DNA from: Carpediemonas membranifera BICM
Taxonomy: Eukaryota; Protista; Fornicata
NCBI GenBank assembly: GCA_019828565.1
Contig: JAHDYR010000002.1
Span: 432,591-496,590, forward strand
Length of the DNA: 64,000 nt
Direction: 5' to 3'
The position numbers and the translations under genes are program-made. Positions 55,301 to 64,000 of the stretch are shown in pieces (position 1 is the stretch's first letter; every line of letters starts with the position of its first letter). The notes under the pieces are model-generated. The model made no database searches. It was not told the origin of the DNA and saw nothing but the letters and a program-made list of their open reading frames with translations.

Positions 55301-58300
55301 CGCGCCGCCATGCAGCTCAAGTTCGAGACCGAGGTTGCCCAGAGGGTCGCTGAAGATCGCCGCCGCCACGAGGACATCCGAAAGGACGCGAGCTCGGAGA
55401 TGGAGAGAGCAAGACGCCTCAAGGCTGACCTTGAGGAACGCATTGAGGCCGTTAATCGGGAGAAGCAGGCCGTGACCGCGAAGAATGCCGAGCTTGAGGG
55501 CAAGATCGGCAGCGAGAAGACCGCTATCCAGCAAGAGCGTGCTCAATTGGAAAAGCTCCGCCGCGACGCCGAGGCGGAAGTCCACTCCCTCCGTCTCAAG
55601 CAAGAGAAGGAACTCGCTGAGGAGAAGCGCAAGCTCTCCGCCGAGCTGGCCGAGCTCCGCCACACTGCCGAGCGCGAGGTCGAGGCCATGCGTGACCAAG
55701 CAATGGCTGCACACGAGAGCGCCAGGGCAGAGGACGGTGAGGTCAAGGCGAAGCGTTCGGAGATCGAAGCTGGGCTCCGTAAGCTCCAGGAGGAAGATGC
55801 AAGACTCGCAGCGATGCGGGTGGAGCGTGAGACATGGGAGAGAAGACGTGAAGCCCAGCTTCACGAGCTTGAACAGTTTAAGGCCGACTCGAAGCGAGAC
55901 ATCGACCGTGAGAAGGCTGATATTGAACGACTCCGTGCAGTTTATGCCGAGCAGAAGGCTGCCCTCGATGTACGCGAGGCAGACTTGTCCGGCCGCGAGA
56001 GCCGAGTGAAGACCGATCTCGATGACCTCACCCGGCAGCGTACAGCTCTGGAGGACAAGCGCAGGGAGATGATGGGTAGTGTTGAATCTCTCCGTCGTGC
56101 CGCAGAGAAGGAGGCGGATGATGTGAAGGCACAGGCGGCCTCGAAGCTCAACGAGACTCAGCTCATGACGCGCGAGACCAATGCGGAGCGGAGGCAGATT
56201 GAGAACGATCGGCGGGCGCTCGAGAGTCAGATGGTTCGCTACGAGCAGGCGAAGGAGGATATGGCCGGCTGGGAGCGCCGCCGCGCGGAGAGCGAGCAGC
56301 AGCTGGAGCGCGTCAAGTCCGAGCTTCAGAACGACCACAAGGCCCTCGCCGAGGAGCGTGCCGCGATCGACGCCCGCAATCGCGAGCTGACCAACGTCGA
56401 CAACAAGCTCAAGCTCGAGGCCGACGCGCTTGAGCGCCAGAAGCGCCAGCTCGCCGACACCACCCGCGAGGAGCGCGCCCAGGTCGCTGCCGAGAAGGCC
56501 CGCGCCGAGCAGGACCTCGAGCAGCAGCGCAAGAAGCTGGCCGACGAGACCGCCGCGGCAACGCACCAGGCCGAGCGCACACTGAAGGAGGCCAGCGACG
56601 AGGCTGCCCGCGTCCTTGCCGCCGCGCGCGAGGAGGCCCAGAAGGCGGAGCGCGCCGCTGAGGCCGCCCGCGAGCGCGAGCGCGCACTCGCCCAGACGGA
56701 GCGCGAGGTGACCGAGAAGTCGACGCGCCTCGCCAACGCCGACAACGAGATCCGCGACCTGCAGCGCAAGCGCGACACGCTCGAGGCCGAGATCGCACGG
56801 CTTGAGCAGCGCGAGACGCACGGCTTCGAGCAGGAGCGCAAGGAGCTCGAGGCTGAGCTCGCCGACAGACGCCGCGCCGTCGAGCGCGAGCTGACCGAGC
56901 TGCGCGACGCCGCCAGCACCGAGCTCTCGCGCAAGACCCGCGTCTTCGAGGACGACGCCGCCGCCAAGGAGCGCGCCCTCCGCGCCCAGCAGGCCGACAT
57001 CGAGGACGCGCAGCGCCGCCTGACCCAGCAGGAGGAGAAGCTGCAGGACGTCATCCGCGAACGCATGGCCGGTGCCCGCGCTGACTTCGACAAGGAGGTC
57101 GCCGCCCGCGAGGCCGAGGACAAACGCCGCGCCGAGCAGCAGCAGCAATCGCTAGAGCTTGAGCGCGAACGCCTAAAGCGCGAACGCCACGAACTCCAAG
57201 ACAAGATGGCCGCACTTTCTTCCGAGCGCGAGGCGCTGACGGCCGAGGTTGACTGCCGCGCCGCTCAGAGCAGGGAGAAGCTGTCTCAAGACGAAAGCAG
57301 GCTTGCTAAACGCAGAGCCGAGTTCGAGGACGAGATCAAGACGGTACGACGCGACCTTGACAGCGCACGTGACAAGGTTAACGCCGAAGCGGCTCAGATC
57401 CGCGCTGAAGCTGAGCGCGTGGCTTCTGAGCTCACCGCCCGTGCCAAGTCTGAGCTTGCAGCCGCTGAGACCGAGCGCCGTGACATTAGAGCAAAGCAGG
57501 ATGCTCTTGACGCAGCCGCCCGTGACCTGGAGATCCGCAAGGTTCAGCTCGAGTCCGCCCAGAAGGAGCTTGAGATGTGGGAACGGAGAAAGACTGAGAC
57601 AAAGGCCGAGATCGATAGTCTACGCAGCTCTCATTCAGCCGCCGTCGAGAAGGAGCGGGCCGAGCTTGAAGCTGCACGGCGCGAGCTAGCTGTCAAGCAG
57701 GAGGAAGTTGCAGCTAAGGACCGGCAGGTGGAGCAGGTCCGTGGCGAGGTTCAGATGGCCAGTGACTCGTCTGAACGGAAGAGGACGCAGTTCGAGAACT
57801 TCATGAGAGACGAGCGCGCCCAGCTCGCTGCCGAGAAGGCCCACGCCGAGCAGGACCTCGAGCAGCAGCGCAAGAAGCTGGCCGACGAGACCGCCGCGGC
57901 AACGCGCCAGGCCGAGCGCACACTGAAGGAGGCCAGCGACGAGGCTGCCCGCGTCCTTGCCGCCGCGCGCGAGGAGGCCCAGAAGGCGGAGCGCGCCTCC
58001 AACTCTCTTGCTGAGCGGGAAAGAGCCGCCGCAGCCCAGGAGAAGGAGCTTTTCCAGCGGGAGCTCAAGGCAACCACTCTTCGCGAAGAGGAGGAGGCTC
58101 TGATCAAACGCAAGCAGCAGCTCAGCGTCGATCTAGACACCATGTCTCAGGAGAAGCAGAGGCAAATGGCCACTCTTCGACAGGACCTCGATGCTGTCAA
58201 GGCAGACGCTGAGGCTGAGATCAAGGCGATGAGGGCCGCAGCCCGCAAGAAGGCCGACGAGGCTAGGGACCGCAGGCAGGACGAGGACGAGGCCCGGCAG

Positions 58301-59044
58301 CGGCACATCCGCGAGCAGCAGACTGCAGTGAGTCGGTTGGAGGAGGATGTTGCCAGGCAGAAGCACGCGGTCGAGGCAGAGAAGCAGCGACTTGGGGAGG
58401 TGCAGGAGAGTCTTGAGGAGAAGGAGTTTGAGCTCTCGCGGCGTTTGGCAGACTTTGCAAACAGAGAGGAAGCCATCCGGAAGAAGGAACTGAGCGCGTC
58501 GAAGCTGATCTCCGAGGCTGAGATGCAGCAGGAGATGATCGAATCTAGACACAAAACTGCACGAAGCGAACTTGACCGCGAGCTTCGTATGATTCGTGAG
58601 GCCCAGGAGAAGGAGATCGAGTCCATGCGAACAACGACACGACGCGAACTTGAGATCGCCCAGAAGTTGAAGAGTCGTCAGGAGAAGTCATTTGCTCGCA
58701 TGGAGCGCGAGAAGCTCGATCTCGACCGGGATCGGATTCTCAATTCTGCCATTCAACGCGACCAAGAGCAGCAGGACCGCACTCGGCGTCTTAATCTTGC
58801 CGAGCTGGACTTGTCCAAGAACTCTACGAACCTTCACCTGCAGCAAGCCGCACAAGTTCGTGCCCGAACAAGCTATGCCCTGGAACGCGCGTCTCGCCTG
58901 ACTCCAACACGAAACGACGAGTTGGAAAGGGCCCTGGCTGGCATTACTGCGCCGCCTAGGACACCGGGAATGGCCGAGTCTTCATGGACGGATGCTCTTG
59001 GACTGACACCGGCCCGAGGGAGCCGAGCGCAGACTTATTATTGA
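49383..59044 (+). CDS. Giant E/R/A/K-rich coiled-coil protein (~3220 aa after correcting +1 G insertions at ~49833 and ~50629)
   Basis: ORFs 49359, 49816 and 50273 join if gcgagggaggcc and cgcaagggagat are read as in the other repeat units (gcgaggaggcc, cgcaaggagat). Confidence 0.85.
49717..54170. repeat. Coding tandem array, 1317-bp unit (439 aa), ~3.4 copies; partial copies at ~56237-57145 and ~57812-57997
   Basis: Unit starts at 49717, 51036, 52353 and 53670. Confidence 0.96.
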
Positions 59045-59328
59045 TTCAATTAGATGTACATACGCCGCAATAACGGCACTTTTTGTAACTTGTAAATTGC
59101 GATGTTCCGTGCCAAGTTAGTAGCATTTTCCAGCCTTATGCTGAATCAACTGAGGATACCGTGCTTTTTGGCAGGTCGGCTGCCACGGGTGTGCGTAAGA
59201 GACGGGCAGGCGTCGAGATCATTGCACGACGGTCATATTTACCTTAGAAACCACGTAGTGGCCCATATATAAACTGCCCCGGGGTTTTCGTTTGGCTAGA
59301 CAGCCACGCATATCTTCTGCGAGAGCCA

Positions 59329-59712
59329 GGTTGAGCTATGTTTGGTGGATTAACAACGTTCGACCTTTATATCAGTTAGCCGTTATTTACTGAGCGGCTC
59401 TTGGCGATGATTAACCCCCAGGCTCCCTGGAAGCTGCCGGGCTTGCAGGGAGACAGGAAAGTGCTCAGCGCACGGAGATGGCAAAGGCCTATGGGGGGAA
59501 GTGAAATGCGGAAGCAGTAGCACCGAATCACTCGCTGGACTCAGCTGACAAGTCCATCGCAGGGAAGAGGCAGCGCCCCGGGGAACTCGGCTCCAGTAAT
59601 AAGGGAAATCTGCCCCCCCCGTTTAGATTTGGCTTGACAGCCTAGGCGTCTGCCAGGTCAGACGGCGCCTTACCTAAATGAACAGCAAAATTGAGTACTT
59701 CATAGTTTGATT
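59329..59712 (+). ncRNA. Candidate structured non-coding RNA (RNase P/MRP-like layout is one possibility; unproven)
   Basis: Long-range helices 59329-40/59701-12 and 59459-68/59691-700 (the latter overlapping the end of GGAAAG) plus many local hairpins. No ORF. TATATAAA at 59266-59273. Confidence 0.4.
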
Positions 59713-59713
59713 A

Positions 59714-59786
59714 GCTCCTTTAGCTCAGTTGGTAGAGCATGCGATTCGTAATCGTAAGGTCTTCGGTTCGAACCCGGAAGGGAGCA
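59714..59786 (+). tRNA. tRNA-Thr(CGT)
   Basis: Cloverleaf: GCTCCTT/AGGGAGC acceptor, GCTC/GAGC D-stem, TGCGA-TT-CGT-AA-TCGTA anticodon arm, TTCGG-TTCGAAC-CCGGA T-arm. TTTT ~12 nt downstream. Confidence 0.96.
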
Positions 59787-60004
59787 TCGTTTATTGCCTT
59801 TTGGACGAACTGTATTGCGAGCGGCGAGGCGCAGCCGAGCTTCGCGAGCCTGAGCGCAGCGAAGACGTCACTCTAGTGGTCAGTATGTCGGGTTTGAGGC
59901 ACTGCTCGCTCCGAAATCTCCCTTTCGACTCTCCACTCAGTCACAACGAACGCGAACGCGAATAACGCGCAGATCACGCTCAAAGTACAGAAACAACATC
60001 AGTA

Positions 60005-62510
60005 TTAGTGGTTGAGGCCATTAGCCTCAGCTTGACGGTGCGCAGCATCCGCCTGGCGCATGAACGCATGGAACACATGAACTTGCTGCCGCATACAGGC
60101 CATCATGACCGCGTCGGCAATCTGCCCAACAGTTTCGGCATCAAGGCCCAAAACGTCGCGCATCTCATCGGTCCATCCTCTCCCATGCACAGCACCAACA
60201 CCACCACTCTGGCGAACGACCACGGGAATAACCCGGACGTTCCAGTTGGCGTACTGCTCCTTCTTGCTCCGCATAGATGCAGACGCGTGATTGCTCACCA
60301 CTACGTCAAGCACAACGGGTTCGGTATGGCCCGGTCTGGTCAAGAGGAGGTCCGCCCGCGCCTTGACCCGTTTGGTCCGGTCCACAGTCCACTCGCTGCC
60401 CCGTCCGAGCCAATGCTCAACTCTTACGCGCCAGGGGTGCCCGCGCAGCAGTTTGGCGAGCGTGTCGCGAATTTGGTCGTGCCGCTCCGATCCCAGCCCC
60501 TCCCTCAGGAAGGGACAGGTAAGAGAATGCTCGGCTGAGCAGGGGACAGACCGGTGATTAACACTACGGGCCAGGCATAGCGGACAGACGTCGTGGCCTG
60601 TCTCAAAGGCAGGAAGGCCGACATGGTTGCGAAGCATCGGTGCAGCACCCTCGTCACAGGGGTTACGACCCATAGCGGCTGGATCAGCCGCGAGTAGAGA
60701 CCTGATCACGTTTGGCGAGTCGACTGAAACAGTCAGTTGGCTGGAAATGTTATCCTGCAGGAGGCGTACCAACTTCTTCTGCGTGCTCTCGAGTGAGAGC
60801 TTTCTGACATCGCCATATGATGTCGGCCAATCCTTGGGCGTCGCGGCGAGAGCCGGGATGCATGGCAGTGCGTCTTGGATGAGAGCCTCGGGCCTTTCGA
60901 CCTTCAGCTCTATGAGTTGTCGTGCGGCACCCAGATAGGCTGGGGCCCACACAACAGAGGGCATGGCCAATCCGAGCCCGCCTTGACTGACCGGCAGACA
61001 GAGCCTTGCGGCGAAGTCCTTGTCAGTCTCTGCGCTGGACTGGAGCAGCTTCAGGATGGCGGGGACCACCTTCTGCTGTTCGAAGTCCAGTTGCGACTCG
61101 AACATGTCACCCCCGCCCGGCGAAACATTGCGGAAGAAGTGCTCCCCACTTGGTGAGGGCACACAGTTTCGTCACTAGGAGGGCAGGGGCGACGGCTTCC
61201 GCGCCAATGTCAGAGACCATCGATGCAGCAGCGTCAAGCAGCTCCATAACCTTGCGGTTAGCAGAGCCTAGCTCCCGCATGATGTGCGTGGCGGAGCCGA
61301 TTGGAACACCAACCAGCTTGGTATCGCGTCTCCGTGGGACGCCACCAGTTGTGTTGCCGTCAACGACATCCTTATGGGCTAGCACGCACTTGGCACGGTT
61401 GAGGCGGAGGCCAACCTCGTTGAACTTCTGAGCGGCGAGTTCTGTGAGATTGTTGGCCTCACGGCCGACCCCAGGCGACTGTAGCGGGCGGGTAGTGGTG
61501 GCTACAATGTCATCCTGGTAGGCACGGATGCACCACCCAGGGAAAGCCTCGCGCAAGACGTCCAGAATGGGCTTAACGCCTAAGCTGAAAAGAATTGGCG
61601 AGAGCGGGTCCCCTTGGTGAATGCCTTCGGCCGACCTCATGGTGATGCCGGAGGTAGAGAAAAGTAAGCCCCGTCGGTACATGGTCGACAGGTATGGGAT
61701 GAGCGCCGGCATGTAGGCCGCCACCACCTTCATGGCGAAGGCCCTCGACAAGCATCCATAGGCGTTGGAAAGGTCGAGTGTGAGCACTGTACCGCCACTT
61801 CGGTAGACTGCACTCACCTCCTCTCCCAACCTCTCCAAGCCGCACTTCTCACCTACTCCGAACTGGTCCTTCAGGGCACGATCGACGTCAACCAGCCGCT
61901 TACGGACGGACCAGGCGAGTGCCTTTGCCGCCACACGGCGAATAGAGTCGCCGATCGCGACCCCTCGGACCTTCCCTTCACCTTTCGGCACAGGGACGAG
62001 AATGCAATGACTGAACACATCAGTGTAAGCTTCTCCGTTCAGGATGTCCTGAACCAGCGGGAGCAGAGCGTGGACTAGTTCGCGCCTTGATGTCTTGTAG
62101 GCGATCTTCAGGTGAAGGAACGATAGCCCGGAGGGCCCCGGGGCCGCCTCAGACTTGAGTGTGTTGAGGATGGTCTTCAGAGTCTTAGAGGAAACTTCGA
62201 CACACTGCAGGGGGTTCTCGGGGACGTCTCGCATGGGGACGTCGGGACAAAGCCCGTTGAACCCAACCTGGAGGTCCCGCAGTTGAGCGTCGATTTCAGT
62301 CGGTGTCAGGTCAGTCTCATTGGCTACCATGGACGTGGCGGCCTTCGAGACAAACCCGTGGCGAATCAGGTTCAGCGTCCGACGCCACTTGTAAGTTATG
62401 GTAAGGTATTGCGGATTTTGGGGGGTCCCGGTACGGGACCCCTGGGCCCCTGCCAGGGAAGGCGACACATGCAGCGTGTAGCCTACCCCAGGGGTCCTTC
62501 GAACATGCAT
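60005..62510 (-). mobile_element. Non-LTR retrotransposon, CRE-like clade, single ORF RT + CCHC + restriction-like endonuclease (~834 aa after removing one base in the run at 61144-61147)
   Basis: RT motifs AAPGPSG, LVPVPK..KVRGVAIGDSIRR, QFGVG, LDLSNAY, GIHQGDPLSPILF, AYQDD, GLRLNRAKC, LPVSQGGLGL. Then CPLC..HSLTC, RHDQIRD, RADLLL, LDVVV, KKEQY. Confidence 0.92.
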
Positions 62511-63194
62511 TGAAATCTGGGACAACGCAAATATTTTATACTAAATTTTCACGCTCAAAAACGGGACCTCAAAATTGGACTTTGAGGTCAGAGCACATGC
62601 TTACAGACGGCGTTCAGGGCTGCGGATTGCTTCTCTGGATAGCTGTGCGTGTCAGCTCGGAGGCGCCGCCCTAAGCTCTATTCAACTCCGTCGCCTTTAC
62701 ATTGAATTATGCATAAATAGTTATAGGACAAAAGTCGCGATCGCTAACTTCTTGTGCAGTACAGCACGAGGCCTGAGGCTTCAGGGCTGCGGGATTTGGA
62801 ATTTTTGAAAGTCTCTCGCAGTGTGATTGAGTCACGATATCCATCCGAATCTGGAGAATTGGAAAACTGGTACCGGCGGCGTGACCTTAAGTTTTGATGC
62901 TAGAGTAAATCTGATGCTACATATATACGCTACGGTGAAATAGAAAAGGCCCTACGAAGAGTTTTTTTCGATTTAGGCCCTCAACAAATTTTTATAGAGC
63001 CTTTTTTGTGTCCATGGTGAGTGAATACGTCTAGAGTGACGCGTATGGAATGGAAGAGAACACGGGTGCGCACTAAAATACATAATTACATGCTCTGAGG
63101 AGGATGGGGGTATTTATTTTTTCATATGTAAATCACAGCCCGAGATTCAAAAATTTGTGGGGTGATCTGACGGAGTTACAGGCCATGGGCGGAG

Positions 63195-63395
63195 TCCGCG
63201 GGGGGTCGCAGGGGGCAGAGAGAGTGACGGAGGCGTAGAGAGGCGTAGCGTAGCGGAGGGCGGGAGGAGCGTAGCGACGAGCGCCCGGAGCGGAGCGAAG
63301 CCGAACGAAGCCGGAGGAATGAACGGAGCCCCCGTCTCAATTCCGGGGGGTGCAGGGGGGGCAGAGGGAGGCGCAGCCGACCGTAGCCCCCGCTC
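63195..63395 (+). other. Purine-rich GCGNAGC/GGGGGCAGAG motif cluster resembling single-strand DNA origin-type hairpins
   Basis: ggggggtcgcagggggcagag and ggggggtgcaggggggcagag; repeated gcgtagc/gcggagc/gcgaagc/gcgcagc; closing gccccc tracts. Confidence 0.5.
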
Positions 63396-63448
63396 TACCC
63401 ATTCTACGTTCGTTAATCATTTTACATGTGGCCACTGCCACTTCGATA

Positions 63449-64000
63449 CTAATAGTTCTTACGATTGAAGCAAGTCCGTCCTTCCTTCTTCGGTGTGATG
63501 CACCCCTTCGGCTTCTTGGGATGTTCGTCGTCGTCCTCGCTGTCCGAGTAGATGATGAACTTGGTAGAGCGAGGGCGGCCGAGCTTGCGGGCAGGTGCGG
63601 GGGCTGACTCTCTCAGGGGAGATGGTGCGGCCCTAGTCGAGCGCTTGGGGAGGATACGGCGCGGTGGTGTAGTCCGCAAACGCTTTGGGGGCACGTATCC
63701 TTGCGAGGACGGCGAGGCAGAGGGCGAGCTGATCGATATGCTCTCGATGTCGTGCACAATAGGAGACGCGGGCTGAGGGGCGGGCACTGGCTTGGCCTGG
63801 GGTGGACGTCTCATGGCTATGCGTTGGTGGGGGTGCAGGGGGCGCTGCGGCAGCTCGTCATCGTCAGAGATCTCGATTGGATTCAGGGCGCTTTCTCTCG
63901 TTGCAGCCGAGTAGTCCACGTACTCGAGCTGGCGTTCGATCCCGTCTTCGGGGAAGACACACATAAAGTGAATGCCGTCGTTGTAGCGGATGCCGGTCGC
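63449..64000 (-). CDS. 3' part of an unknown protein (basic, Pro-rich tail); 5' end outside window
   Basis: The frame stays open from base 64000 (ATGIRYNDGIHF-MCVF...) to the stop at 63449. Confidence 0.55.
   Translation of the reverse strand, partial: ATGIRYNDGIHFMCVFPEDGIERQLEYVDYSAATRESALNPIEISDDDELPQRPLHPHQRIAMRRPPQAKPVPAPQPASPIVHDIESISISSPSASPSSQGYVPPKRLRTTPPRRILPKRSTRAAPSPLRESAPAPARKLGRPRSTKFIIYSDSEDDDEHPKKPKGCITPKKEGRTCFNRKNY

Noticed and set aside
59191-59233. Group II intron start (GTGCG) or U1/U2 snRNA (ATTGCAC hairpin)
   Set aside because: No domain V, no ATACTTACCTG 5' end and no GTAGTA branch-pairing motif in the right context.
59729-59965. 78-aa ORF
   Set aside because: Overlaps the tRNA gene; spurious.
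1901-61147. Programmed frameshifting or pseudogenisation at ~1905, ~25390, ~49833, ~50629 and ~61145
   Set aside because: All lie in G/C runs. Four are single-base expansions, three of them in repeat units whose sister copies lack the extra base. Unpolished long-read error is the simplest explanation; reads are needed to confirm.
8900-62525. Diversity-generating retroelement linking the RT to the variable RCC1-like genes
   Set aside because: The RT is non-LTR type with an endonuclease. There is no TR/VR pair, and the variation includes indels and block swaps rather than an evident adenine-only pattern.

Overview
GC-rich, gene-dense eukaryotic DNA with very short GT-AG introns (29-37 nt) and flagellar genes (RSP4/6, CFAP99). 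It comes from a flagellated protist; a free-living fornicate such as Carpediemonas is my guess and is unverified. Left to right: (1) a giant secreted FG-GAP-propeller/Cys-rich protein built on a 768-bp tandem array that runs off the window; (2) four co-oriented copies plus a remnant of an RCC1-like propeller family, with an identical core but patchwork hypervariable loops, interspersed among housekeeping genes; (3) the housekeeping genes: RRP45, RPL32, a PEX22-like gene, syntaxin, RSP4/6, a DENN-IQ protein, PIG-U, CFAP99, HAD hydrolases, TRM9 and an ENT transporter; (4) a ~3200-aa coiled-coil protein with a 1317-bp array; (5) a mobile-looking right end. That end holds a ~380-nt candidate structured RNA abutting tRNA-Thr(CGT), then a compact CRE-type RT + restriction-like-endonuclease retroelement with a structured 5' module. 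The retroelement is bracketed by clusters of GCGNAGC-type motifs of the kind I associate with ssDNA origins. Several +1 homopolymer frameshifts are probably long-read errors. All family assignments come from motif recognition by eye; no searches were run.
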